From positions 448,001 to 512,000 of the forward strand of contig CBDBDQ010000005.1 of NCBI GenBank assembly GCA_965203905.1: a DNA stretch of 64,000 nucleotides, read 5' to 3'. This document shows positions 48,277 through 57,990 of this stretch, in pieces; within the stretch, counting starts at the first letter, position 1; each line of letters opens with the position of its first letter. The notes beneath the pieces are model-generated. The model saw nothing but the letters and a program-made list of their open reading frames with translations, was not told the origin of the DNA and did no database searches. Both the position numbers and the translations under genes were made by a program. This DNA is from Spirochaetia bacterium (GTDB lineage Bacteria > Spirochaetota > Spirochaetia > SZUA-6 > Bin103).

Positions 48277-48857
48277 AACGTATCCGAATGCTGTACGCAC
48301 CTCCTGGAGGCCTGGAAAGTTACTTGCGTCTTAATCTCGGGACCAAGAATTGGGAGGACTTTCGCAACTTCAGAACAGGCGACGCCTACCGTGAACTCGT
48401 TGAGGCACTCATAGGGGTCCAGCACGGATTCTGTGGATACTGCGGGATTGACTTAACCTGTCTCGACCGACAAGTTGAACACGTAGTCCCTCGAAGCGAT
48501 CGGCATACCGGACATGCACGAACTCTCGACCACACCAATATGATCGCCTGCTGCACTGGTGGCACGTCAAGAAACCTTCGAGAAAATTGGTTTGCAGCGG
48601 AGGACGTGAGCAAGACACTCGACATTCTAGGGCTCAACGTTGAGCGCTTACGGTTGGCTAGGGAGAAACACTGGAACGCCCTATCGGACAGTTGGAGTCA
48701 GCATTTTGACGACGTCGAATTGATGGAAGCGGCGGTCCGCAGCGAGCTTATTCCGGACGAACACGGCAAACTAACACGGTTTTTTTCAACCAATAGGGCA
48801 TACTTTGGCTCGTACGGAGAGGGCGTACTCGCGGAACAACCCCAACTCTGGATTTGA
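48273..48857 (+). CDS. PtuB-like HNH endonuclease, apparently internally deleted
   Basis: Q.G.CGYC, VEHVVP, NMIACC and ILGLN; the usual second C..K/P segment is absent. Confidence 0.75.
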   Translation: MKRIRMLYAPPGGLESYLRLNLGTKNWEDFRNFRTGDAYRELVEALIGVQHGFCGYCGIDLTCLDRQVEHVVPRSDRHTGHARTLDHTNMIACCTGGTSRNLRENWFAAEDVSKTLDILGLNVERLRLAREKHWNALSDSWSQHFDDVELMEAAVRSELIPDEHGKLTRFFSTNRAYFGSYGEGVLAEQPQLWI

Positions 48858-49032
48858 CCGGGACGCCCGCGCTGTCAATTCGGTCCCACGTCGGTCACCG
48901 CGATGTCATTCCGAACTTAGCTCTACAAAGTTCCGTGCCCTCGCGCCCGGTGCGGTCGCCGCCGCCGAGCCGCTCGAAAGTCGATCGCCGCGATGCGCCG
49001 ACCGTCGGCGCGCATCTGTTCCACTGCCCGAC

Positions 49033-50568
49033 TCAGAGTTCTTCTCCCGGCAGCGGCGGCGTGGCCTCCGGCAGTTTCATGGCGCCGGCGGCCTGGTCCA
49101 GCAGGTGCGCCAGTTGCAGGAGCGTGGTCTCGGCGTAGGGCTTTGCGATGAGCTGCGCCGCGATCGGCAGGCCGGCCGCGGTGTGTCCCGCCGGCACCAC
49201 CACCGAGGGCAGCCCCGCGTGGGACGCCAGGCTGTTGGTGCCGTCGACCCGCGTTTCCCCAACCCGGCTGGCGCCCACCAGGCTGTAGGGCAGCAGCAGC
49301 GCGTCGAGCCGGTGGCGGCCGACCACGTCGATCAGGGCGTCCCGGAGCATCGCCTGCGCCTGCAGCCGCGCCAGGTAGTAGTCGCTCTGCTCCGGAGGCG
49401 GCAGTGAAAGCGCCTCCCGGAATCTTCCCTTGAGCCGATCCACTCCCGCACTTTCGATGAGTTGCTCGACGGTCCGGTACGGAGCGTCCGGCCCGAGCCG
49501 CGCGAAGTAGGCGTTCAGCGCCGGAAGCAACTCGTAGGAGGTGGCCGAGCTCTGCCACGTCTCCAGGGTGCCGACATCCTGCAGATCGATGCCGGTCAGC
49601 ACCGGATCGACCACGATCGCCCCCTCGCCGCGCAGCAGCCCCAGCAGCCGTTCCATGATGCGGATTCCCTCACCGTGGCGCGGCTCGTCGCGCCACATCT
49701 CCCGCAGCACGCCGATCCGAAACGCCCCCAGGCTGGCACCGGCGAGCTGTGACTCGTACGGTTGCCGCGGAAACCACTCCAGCGCCTCGCTGGTGGTCAT
49801 GTCCTCCGGATCCCAGCCGGTGAGGCAGGAGAGCAGCGCGGCCAGGTCGAACGCCGAGCGCGCCATGATGCCGAGGCGGCCGATGGTGGGCGCCATGCAC
49901 ATGCTGCCGGCGCGGCTCACCAGCCCGCGCGACGGAATAAGGCCCAGCACGCCGCTGTCGGCGGCCGGCATCAGCACCGAGCCGCTGGCGTCGGTGCCCA
50001 GGCCCAGGGGCGCGTAGTTCGCCGCCAGCGCCGCCCCCGTGCCGCAACTCGACCCGCCGGGCACGTAGTCCAGGTGGTGCGGGTTGAGGGTCTGGCCGCC
50101 GAGCGTGCTGGCGCTCATCGGCGCCTGCCCGAACCAATCGTTGGCATTGACCTTGGCCAGCATCACGGCGCCCGCATCGTGCAGCCGCCGGATCGCCGCC
50201 GCATCGCGCAGCGGACGGGACCCAGCCAGCAGGGTGAACCCGCCGGTAGTGGGCATGCCGGCGACGTCGATCGTGTCCTTGACCACCACCGGAATGCCGT
50301 GCAGGGGTCCCCGCGGCCCGCCGCGCTCGCGCTCCCGGTCCAGGTCGCGCGCCCGCTGCAACGCCTCCGGGTTGAGGTGGATCACGGCGTTGATCCGCGG
50401 CCCGCGCCGGTCGTACGCCTCGATCCGGTCGAGGCAGACCTGCACCAGCCGCTCCGCCGTCAGCCTCCCCTCCCCGAACGCGCGACCGAGCGCCGGCAAA
50501 GTCGCCTCCGACAGCGCCAACCCGTCAACGGACTTCCGCTCCATCGCCGCAGTGTGGGCCACATTCAT
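49033..50568 (-). CDS. Amidase-signature family amidase
   Basis: GPLHGIPVVVKD, PGGSS, GTDASGS. Confidence 0.9.
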   Translation of the reverse strand: MNVAHTAAMERKSVDGLALSEATLPALGRAFGEGRLTAERLVQVCLDRIEAYDRRGPRINAVIHLNPEALQRARDLDRERERGGPRGPLHGIPVVVKDTIDVAGMPTTGGFTLLAGSRPLRDAAAIRRLHDAGAVMLAKVNANDWFGQAPMSASTLGGQTLNPHHLDYVPGGSSCGTGAALAANYAPLGLGTDASGSVLMPAADSGVLGLIPSRGLVSRAGSMCMAPTIGRLGIMARSAFDLAALLSCLTGWDPEDMTTSEALEWFPRQPYESQLAGASLGAFRIGVLREMWRDEPRHGEGIRIMERLLGLLRGEGAIVVDPVLTGIDLQDVGTLETWQSSATSYELLPALNAYFARLGPDAPYRTVEQLIESAGVDRLKGRFREALSLPPPEQSDYYLARLQAQAMLRDALIDVVGRHRLDALLLPYSLVGASRVGETRVDGTNSLASHAGLPSVVVPAGHTAAGLPIAAQLIAKPYAETTLLQLAHLLDQAAGAMKLPEATPPLPGEEL

Positions 50569-50620
50569 GCCCCGGTCTACTCACGATCCTGGTGACCAGG
50601 ATCTCCTCCCGGCGGCGGCC

Positions 50621-51622
50621 TCAGAAGAGCTGCGATTGCGGATAGTCTTCGTAGGTGGGGCAGTTCTCCTCGGCGAAGATGCGGTCGATGGCGGCGCGGT
50701 CTTCGTCGCTCAGGCGCCACTCGGTGGAGGCGACGTTTTCCGCCAGCTCGCGGTCGTTGCGCATGCCCACCAGCGCCACCGACACCGCCGGGTGGCCGAG
50801 TACCCAGGCGATGGCGAGTTGCGCCAGCGACCTACCGTGGCTCGCCGCCAGTTCCGCCAGGCGCCCGGCCACGCGCAACTCGCGCGCGAAGTGGTCGCGC
50901 TGGAACAACGGCAACCCGAACGCGGTGTAGTTGCTGCGCCGCCAGTCACCTTCCTCGAAGGTGTGGTCCGGCTGGAACGCGCCGGTCAGCAGCCCGAAGC
51001 CGAGGGTGCCGTACGCCATGAAGCCGATGTTGTGCTTGAGGCAGTAGGGCAGGATCGCTTTCTGCATGCGCTGGTCGAACAGATGATAGCCCACCTGGTT
51101 GACCGCGACGTCAGTGAACTGCCGGCAGTAATCCATGGTCTCGATATTGAAGTTGGACACGCCGGCGTGGCGGATCTTGCCGTCCTGCTTAAGCTTCTGC
51201 AGCGCGCGCATCGGCTCGTCGAACGGGGTTTCGTAGTCGGGCCAGTGGATCAGCATCAGGTCGATCACGTCGGTGTTCAGGCGGCGCAGGCAGCCCTCGG
51301 TACGCGCGATGATGTGCTCGCAACGCGAGTTGCGGCCGATCACCCGGTACTTCTCGTCGCCGAATCGGAAGCCCGTCTTGGTGACCAGGATCACCTCGCG
51401 GCGGCGGGCGCTAAGCGCCCTGGCGAGCAGCTCTTCCGAGTAGAAGGGGCCGTACACCTCGGCAGTGTCGAACAGGTTGATGCCGCGGTCGATCGCCGAA
51501 TGCACCGCCCGCGTCGCCTCGCCGACATCGATCGAGCCGTACATGGTAGTGCTCATCTCCCAGGTGCCGAAGCCGATGGGGGAAGTCATGAGGTCGGTAT
51601 TGCCGAGTGGCCGTCGTTCCAT
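50621..51622 (-). CDS. Aldo/keto reductase
   Basis: FDTAEVYG, IHWPD, GVSNF, AQLAIAWVL. Confidence 0.93.
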   Translation of the reverse strand: MERRPLGNTDLMTSPIGFGTWEMSTTMYGSIDVGEATRAVHSAIDRGINLFDTAEVYGPFYSEELLARALSARRREVILVTKTGFRFGDEKYRVIGRNSRCEHIIARTEGCLRRLNTDVIDLMLIHWPDYETPFDEPMRALQKLKQDGKIRHAGVSNFNIETMDYCRQFTDVAVNQVGYHLFDQRMQKAILPYCLKHNIGFMAYGTLGFGLLTGAFQPDHTFEEGDWRRSNYTAFGLPLFQRDHFARELRVAGRLAELAASHGRSLAQLAIAWVLGHPAVSVALVGMRNDRELAENVASTEWRLSDEDRAAIDRIFAEENCPTYEDYPQSQLF

Positions 51623-51689
51623 GCCCCGATCCTACACCATCCGGGCGCGCGTCAGAGGGGCCGGCCAGGTCCGTCGTCGGTGTTGAGCC

Positions 51690-51815
51690 CGCCGGTGAAC
51701 CCGCCAGCATGAACGGAAAGATGAAGGCGTTCCACGACATGATGATGCCGAGCAGCCCGGCCGCCACGATGGCCGGCATCGCCAACGGGATCAGGATGCT
51801 CCACAGGATGTGCAG
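51690..51815 (-). pseudogene. Fragment of a carbohydrate ABC permease (MalG-like)
   Basis: ILIPLAMPAIVAAGLLGIIMSWNAFIFP. Confidence 0.6.
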
Positions 51816-51896
51816 GAGAATGACACTCGCGGCTCGCGGCGTGGTCAGTGGTCGTTGAACTGTGGTACCGTGTGTCCAGTAAGCGGTCCATCAGCC

Positions 51897-53609
51897 ATGC
51901 GTAATGCCCTGCTGGTCTACCCCGACTATCCGCCCTCCTACTGGGGCATCAACTACGCGCTGGAGCTGCTCGGCGCGAAGGCGGCGTTCCCGCCGCTCGG
52001 GCTGCTCACGGTCGCGGCGATGTTTCCCCCGCAGTACGAACTGCGCGTCGTCGACATGAACGTTACCGAGCTCGAAGACTCCGACCTGGACTGGGCCGAC
52101 ATGGTGTTCACGTCGACCATGATCGTGCAGCGGGAGTCCCTGCGCACGGTGATCGAGCGCTGCAACCACGCCGGCGTGCCGGTGGTCGCGGGAGGGCCCT
52201 ATCCGACCGCGTGCCACGAGGAGATCGCGGGCGTCGACTACTTCATTCTGGACGAGGCGGAGGAGACCCTCGCCCGGTTCCTGCAGGACCTGGAAGCAGG
52301 CAGAGCCAAACCGATCTATCGCGAGCCGCGCAAACCCGATGTCACGCGGACGCCGATCCCGCGCTTCGACCTCGTCGAGCTGAAGGACTATCACGCCATG
52401 TGCGTGCAGTTCTCGCGCGGCTGCCCGTTCGACTGCGAGTTCTGCGACATCACCAAGCTCTATGGCCGCGTGCCGCGTACCAAGTCGCCGGGGCAGATGG
52501 TCGAGGAGTTCGCAGCGCTGTACCGGCTGGGCTGGCGCGGCTACCTGTTCCTGGTCGACGACAATTTCATAGGCAACAAGCGCGACGCCCTGAAGCTGCT
52601 GCCGGCCATCGCGCAGTGGCAGCAAGCGCACGGGTATCCGTTCCGGCTGTTCACCGAGGCGAGCGTGAACCTGGCCCGCATGGAATCGGTGATGGACGCG
52701 ATGATCGAGGCGGGCTTCAACGGCGTCTTCCTGGGCATCGAGACGCCCAACCCGAAAGCACTGGCGATCACCAAGAAACCGCAGAACATCAGCACGCGCG
52801 AACAGGACTACCTGCTGAACGCCGTCCGCAAGATCCAGCACAAGGGCATGCAGGTGATGGGCGGGTTCATCCTGGGGCTGGACGGAGATGACGAGCGGGT
52901 GTTCGGTTCCCAGATCCAGTTCATTCAGGACGCCGGCATTCCCATGGCGTTGGTCGGGCTGCTGACCGCCCTGAAGGGAACGGACCTCTACCAACGGCTG
53001 CAATCGGAAGGACGGCTCCTGGACGTGCCGGTCGGGACCAGCACGACGGCCCTGAACTTCGTGCCGCAGATGGACCCGGGGAAACTGATCGAGGGATACC
53101 TGCGGGTGAATTCCACGGTCTACGACCCTACCCTCCAGCACTACTTCGAGCGCTGCCTGACCTTGTTCAAGCACTTGAAGCCGCTGCCGCACGTGAGTCC
53201 GTCCCTGGCCAGGCACGAGGTCTATCCGGCGCTGATGATGGTGCGCGGGCGCCTCTCCCCCGGCCAGATCCCCGCCTACAGCAGGTTCATCGCGAAGGTC
53301 TCCAAGGACCATCCGTCCATGCTGGCGGAGGCGATCCGCCTGGCGGCGCTCGGCTATCACTTCGAGAAGTTCACCCGTCATCAGCAGATGTTCCAGGCGT
53401 TCAAGGACTTCCTGGATGCCGAGTTGACGCTGTTCCGGGAGGCCGTATCGCGTCCCGGGACGAATGGCGACAGCTCCGACGGCCGGAAGCAGGCGCTGCT
53501 TGCTCGCGTGGACTCACGCTACCGGTCGATACCGGCCGACTTTCGCTTCGCCGCCGACGGTCTCGACGACGTGGTGGCGTCCTTTCGCGACGCCGTCGCC
53601 CGCGCCTAG
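51897..53609 (+). CDS. B12-binding radical SAM protein (DUF4070-type)
   Basis: PPLGLLTVAA, RGCPFDCEFC, VDDNFIGN. Confidence 0.92.
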   Translation: MRNALLVYPDYPPSYWGINYALELLGAKAAFPPLGLLTVAAMFPPQYELRVVDMNVTELEDSDLDWADMVFTSTMIVQRESLRTVIERCNHAGVPVVAGGPYPTACHEEIAGVDYFILDEAEETLARFLQDLEAGRAKPIYREPRKPDVTRTPIPRFDLVELKDYHAMCVQFSRGCPFDCEFCDITKLYGRVPRTKSPGQMVEEFAALYRLGWRGYLFLVDDNFIGNKRDALKLLPAIAQWQQAHGYPFRLFTEASVNLARMESVMDAMIEAGFNGVFLGIETPNPKALAITKKPQNISTREQDYLLNAVRKIQHKGMQVMGGFILGLDGDDERVFGSQIQFIQDAGIPMALVGLLTALKGTDLYQRLQSEGRLLDVPVGTSTTALNFVPQMDPGKLIEGYLRVNSTVYDPTLQHYFERCLTLFKHLKPLPHVSPSLARHEVYPALMMVRGRLSPGQIPAYSRFIAKVSKDHPSMLAEAIRLAALGYHFEKFTRHQQMFQAFKDFLDAELTLFREAVSRPGTNGDSSDGRKQALLARVDSRYRSIPADFRFAADGLDDVVASFRDAVARA

Positions 53610-54004
53610 ATCACTTCGACGCGCAGGATGTCCTCCAGCCCGCTGAAGTCCTTGGTGTCGCGGGTGTAGAGGGGCACGTCGTTGGCCACCGCAGTAGCGG
53701 CTATCAGCAGATCCGCGAACCGCCGCGAGCCGGTACGACCCGCGGAGCGCGCCGCCGCAAAGACGCGGCCGTAGGCACGAGCGGCATCGGCGTCGAGCGG
53801 CAACGGGGCCCATGTCGCCGCGGCCCACTGCAGCCGATCCTGCCGTCGCGCCCGTTCGTCCGGGTCGTCGGTAGCGTGCGGACCGGCCGCCAGTTCCGCG
53901 ATGGTGACGGCCGAGATCGCCGCTTCATCCGGCAGCAGCGCCGGATCGAGGAGGTCGTGATCCAGCACTACGGACGTGTCCAGCAGACCCTTGGCGTCAG
54001 CCAT
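53606..54004 (-). CDS. VapC PIN-domain toxin
   Basis: LLDTSV, TIAEL, DLLIAATA, YTRD..DF. Confidence 0.9.
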   Translation of the reverse strand: MADAKGLLDTSVVLDHDLLDPALLPDEAAISAVTIAELAAGPHATDDPDERARRQDRLQWAAATWAPLPLDADAARAYGRVFAAARSAGRTGSRRFADLLIAATAVANDVPLYTRDTKDFSGLEDILRVEVI

Positions 54005-54242
54005 CGACGCTCTGTTCGACCACCGCGTCGAGATCGGCCAGGAAGCGACGTGCATCGACCCTCGGTGCGCGGCCGGCTGCCGCTGCCAGAGCCGCGCGCG
54101 GCACGAAGCGGTGCGGCGGGAGTGGCCGCAGCTCCGCTACCGGCGTGCCATTGCGCGTGACCACGATTGTCTGCCCCGCCTGCACCTCGCGCAGGATGGC
54201 TCCGGAGTCGTTGCGCATCTCCCGTTGAGTGATGGAACGCAT
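53997..54242 (-). CDS. Phd/YefM antitoxin
   Basis: ITQREMRN..V..G..VTRNG.PVAEL.P. Confidence 0.9.
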   Translation of the reverse strand: MRSITQREMRNDSGAILREVQAGQTIVVTRNGTPVAELRPLPPHRFVPRAALAAAAGRAPRVDARRFLADLDAVVEQSVDG

Positions 54243-54251
54243 GGTGATGAG

Positions 54252-54278
54252 TGTAGCATATGTAGCACTTTGTAGCTA
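54252..54278. promoter_or_regulatory. TA operator repeats TGTAGC x3
   Basis: TGTAGCA-ta-TGTAGCA-ctt-TGTAGCT just upstream of the antitoxin start. Confidence 0.65.
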
Positions 54279-54349
54279 TCGGTAGGGGCGGTACAGTGGC
54301 GGTACAGCCAAGCGGGCGCGCCGTCGCGGTTGTCGGGCACCGCGCCTTC

Positions 54350-54689
54350 CTGCGTGTCCCAGACTTCGAACTTGTCGGGGCCGTCGCCCCTGTTGCCGCG
54401 GGCGTAGAACGGGACCGCCGTAAGCCGGGAGCAGACTCCCGCAGCGGCCTCGATCACCACCACGTCACCGAGCAACCCGGCCTCGCGGCGTTCGGTGAAG
54501 TGCGGGTGGACGCCGATGGCCGGCTCCGGCAGGCGCGCGTTGTCCACCGCCTCGAAGCAGTACAGAACCGGCCCGCGCCTGCACGGCGACTCTGCCCCGG
54601 TCGTCCTGCACCGACGGGTTGGCTTGCCTGCGCACCGGTTCCATGGTCAGGTCGAGCTCGACCCTTTCGCCGCCGTAGAAGTCGAGCAC
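54350..54689 (-). pseudogene. C-terminal fragment of a GH127-like beta-L-arabinofuranosidase, frameshifted
   Basis: ANPSV..DRGRVAVQ / RGPVLYCFEAVDN..VPFYARGNRG. Confidence 0.7.
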
Positions 54690-54700
54690 CTGGCCCGATG

Positions 54701-56257
54701 TCAGCCGTCTGCCAACTCGAATGCCGTCACGTTGCGCGTCTGGCGGCTAAGTTCCACTCCGATCAGGTGGATGGGCTCACCCCGCCCCCGGTACTTGTCC
54801 GCGTAGCCCCGCTCCCGCAACTGCGCCAGCGCCGACCCCGCCGCCGCCAGCTCGACTACCTTGAACTCGAACAGGTACACGTGCCCGCCGGTCCTCACCG
54901 CCATGTCCAGGCGCCCGTGGCTGCTCGACTCCTCCACCACGATCTCGTACCCCAGCGCCGCGAAGTACGAATAGAAAACGCTCGCGTAGTACCCCTCGTA
55001 CTGCGCGATGTCGTTGTTGGTGTGCCATTCGTACGGAATGCTCGCGAAGAACGCGTGGAACAGCTCCTGCAGCCCCGCGCAGTCGTGCGTGGCAAGCAGC
55101 CGTTGCAGCCGCATGCTGTTCGCCGTCTGCTGCTCCACGTCCTGCACCAGGTGGCGCAGCAGATGCTCGTTCAGGCTCTGGCGCACCTCCCGGTTCGGGT
55201 AGCCCAGCCGATACAGCACCTTGCCGCCCAGCTCCTCTTCCCCCGTTACTGTCAGGTAACCGGTCTGGAACAGCAACGCCTGCGTGCCGATCTGGCCCAC
55301 GTCGAACCTCGACAGCAGTTCCGTCGTGCCCACCATCCGGTCCAGCGACACCGACGCCACCCGCCGCTCGAACAGCAGGTCCACCAGAAACGCCGGCGTC
55401 CCGGTCTCGAACCAGTGCGCGGCGAACTCGCGGCTGTCGAACAGCAGCAGCACGTCGTACGGGTTGTACACCTTCTCCTCGCCGCGCCAGCGGTAGCCGT
55501 TGTACCACTCACGGATCCGTTCCCGGTCCAGCCCGGCCAGTTCCGGCGCGAACACCGTGTCCAGATCCGGGTCCGTGTAGCCGCAGATCGACGAGTAGCG
55601 TCGATCCAACGTGAGGTCGGTGAGATTATTCAACTGCGAGAACAGGTTCACCTTGGAGAACTTGCTGATGCCGGTGAGGAACGTGAACCGCACGTGCGCG
55701 TCCGAGTCCTTGATCACCCCGTACAGCCCGCGCAGGTAGTCGCGGTTCGCGCGCGCCACCTCCGGCGTCCCCAACGCGTCCAGGATCGGCTTGTCGTACT
55801 CGTCCACCAGCACCACCACCCGCTGCCCCGTCTGCCGGTGCAGCGTTCGCAGCAGACGGCGCAAGCGCGGCGACGCGCCGCCGTCGTGGGATGCAATGCC
55901 CGCCGCCTCCTCCAGGTCCTCCAACTGGAATGCCACGTCCTCGTGCAGCGTCGCGGGCTCGGTGAAGCTGCCGCTGCCGAAGCTCAGCCGTACCACCGGA
56001 TGCCGCTCCGACCAATCGTGGCGGTCGTGGATGTAGAGCCCTGCGAACAGCGCCTCGTTGCCCTCGAACAGCTCCTTCAGCGTGTCCAGAAACAGGCTCT
56101 TGCCAAACCGCCGGGGCCGCGACAGAAAGTAATGTGTGCCCCTGCGGAGCAACCGCTCGATGAAGGCGGTCTTGTCCACGTAGTAGCAGTCCTGCTCCCG
56201 CAGCTTGCGGAACGTCTGTATCCCGATCGGCAGTCTGCGCCGGGCCATCGGGCTCAT
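54701..56257 (-). CDS. AAA-ATPase-like protein with a PD-(D/E)XK nuclease domain (DUF1703-type)
   Basis: LPIGIQTF, YYVDKT, SRPRRFGKS, DEYDKP, GRLDM..FEFK. Confidence 0.92.
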   Translation of the reverse strand: MSPMARRRLPIGIQTFRKLREQDCYYVDKTAFIERLLRRGTHYFLSRPRRFGKSLFLDTLKELFEGNEALFAGLYIHDRHDWSERHPVVRLSFGSGSFTEPATLHEDVAFQLEDLEEAAGIASHDGGASPRLRRLLRTLHRQTGQRVVVLVDEYDKPILDALGTPEVARANRDYLRGLYGVIKDSDAHVRFTFLTGISKFSKVNLFSQLNNLTDLTLDRRYSSICGYTDPDLDTVFAPELAGLDRERIREWYNGYRWRGEEKVYNPYDVLLLFDSREFAAHWFETGTPAFLVDLLFERRVASVSLDRMVGTTELLSRFDVGQIGTQALLFQTGYLTVTGEEELGGKVLYRLGYPNREVRQSLNEHLLRHLVQDVEQQTANSMRLQRLLATHDCAGLQELFHAFFASIPYEWHTNNDIAQYEGYYASVFYSYFAALGYEIVVEESSSHGRLDMAVRTGGHVYLFEFKVVELAAAGSALAQLRERGYADKYRGRGEPIHLIGVELSRQTRNVTAFELADG

Positions 56258-56326
56258 CTTACCTCGTCGAGGTGCTCACCGCCGCCGCCCGCGGGGGACG
56301 GCAGCGCTGCCGTCCCCGCTCAGCGC

Positions 56327-57955
56327 TTAGCTGGTGAACTTGTCGTACTCGCGCTGCAGGATCTCCATGTATCGTTCCAGCCCCATCCGGTTGAGGGTGG
56401 CGATGTAGTCGTCCCACTGCTCGTCGATGCCGCCGTCCACGACCCACTTGGCATATTGGCTCTCCACGTAGTTGCCGATGTCGGCCTCCAGGAAGCTCAA
56501 CTCTTCGGCGGTTTCATCGTCGAAGAAGATCGGCGGGTAGGTCCGATCGGGCTTGAAGTAAGGCATATAGAACTCGTTGTCTGCGATCTTGCGATAGGCC
56601 TCGTTGTTGCCCATGCGAAGCTTGTTCAGCACAAACTCATTGCTCAGCCAACCGGCGGTCATCGCTTCGTCCAGCGCCCTCTTGTGTTTCCACTCGCCGT
56701 CGGTGTAGCCCTCCGGTGCGGGCAGTATCTCCATCGATCCGTCATCGTACATCCTGGTGCCGGAGTCGAGCGCGCCAAACGCATACTGCAGTGCGACGGA
56801 TGACTCATAGGCCTCGTCGACGAACCTGATCGTTGCCTCCGGATGCTCATTGACCGTCGTCATCGCGAACCGGTTTCGGTAGATCCTGATGTCCACGGTC
56901 TGGCTCTGGTGCGCCTGGGTACCGTCGGGACCGATGAACGGCGGCAGCCTGAGGTAGTCGTCGAGGTACTGCACGCCGACCCCATCCATTACCGTCCACG
57001 CCGACGCCAGGCCGACCAGCATGGTCTCCGGGTTGCGTACCCGGCCCGAAAACTCGGGCCAACTGTTGGAGAAATACTCGATGTCGATCAGCCCATCGGC
57101 CCACAGCTTGCGGATATACTTGACGGCATCCCGGTAGTTCTCCAGGGTGGGCTGAAACACCACTTCGCCATCGATCACGGTGTGGTAGAAGTGCCACCCT
57201 CGCGGCGTCTGCGGTGAGAAGAGAATGTCGAAGGCCGGGAATATGTAGGTGCCGACCCCGGTCATGCCACCGAGCAACCAGCTTCCGGCTCCGGTGATCG
57301 GAATCTCATCGGCCTTGCCGTTGCCGTTCGGGTCGCCCTCCTTGAACGCCTTCAGCACCACGTACAGCTCATCCAGCGTGGTCGGTACTTCCAGGCCCAG
57401 GGCATCGAGCCACGTCTTGTTGATCCAGATCGTGTTGAAGGTATTCGGCCGTGTCGAAATGAAGCTGGCCAGGCCGTAGATGTGCCCGTCCGGGGCGGTC
57501 ATCACGGCCCGGGTGTCGGGCTCGGTCTCCATCATTTTCCGGATATTCGGCGCGTACGCCTCGATCAACTCCTCGAGCGGGCGGAATCTCTCCTTATTCA
57601 GGGTGATCTTCTCGTTCGTCAATGTGACGCCGCCATAGAACCCGTCCGGCAGGTCGCCCGATGCTAGCATCAGGTTGACCTTTTCGGCTGCCCCCTCGCG
57701 CAACAGAACCTCCCAGACGATGTCGATATTGGTCTTCTCTTCGATCGGCCAGAGGAACTCCAGGGTATCCATGTCGTCCTTCGTGCCGGTGTGGCTGAAA
57801 GCGAACGTCAACTGGATCTGCTCGTCGACGACCGGGTATCCGGTGGCGTTGAAAACGGCGGTCCCCGACGCCTCCTCCTCGCCGCCGGCGAAAACGGCAA
57901 CCGGGATGAGCAGCACCATGATGCTGACTGCTGCAGCTACGAAAACTGTCTTCAA
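56327..57955 (-). CDS. Extracellular solute-binding protein (LplA-like)
   Basis: TTG start with AAGGAG Shine-Dalgarno; signal peptide; DPNGNGKADEIP. Confidence 0.9.
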   Translation of the reverse strand: MKTVFVAAAVSIMVLLIPVAVFAGGEEEASGTAVFNATGYPVVDEQIQLTFAFSHTGTKDDMDTLEFLWPIEEKTNIDIVWEVLLREGAAEKVNLMLASGDLPDGFYGGVTLTNEKITLNKERFRPLEELIEAYAPNIRKMMETEPDTRAVMTAPDGHIYGLASFISTRPNTFNTIWINKTWLDALGLEVPTTLDELYVVLKAFKEGDPNGNGKADEIPITGAGSWLLGGMTGVGTYIFPAFDILFSPQTPRGWHFYHTVIDGEVVFQPTLENYRDAVKYIRKLWADGLIDIEYFSNSWPEFSGRVRNPETMLVGLASAWTVMDGVGVQYLDDYLRLPPFIGPDGTQAHQSQTVDIRIYRNRFAMTTVNEHPEATIRFVDEAYESSVALQYAFGALDSGTRMYDDGSMEILPAPEGYTDGEWKHKRALDEAMTAGWLSNEFVLNKLRMGNNEAYRKIADNEFYMPYFKPDRTYPPIFFDDETAEELSFLEADIGNYVESQYAKWVVDGGIDEQWDDYIATLNRMGLERYMEILQREYDKFTS

Positions 57956-57990
57956 GAAAGACTCCTTGTGATTGGTCGGTTCCACTTCGA

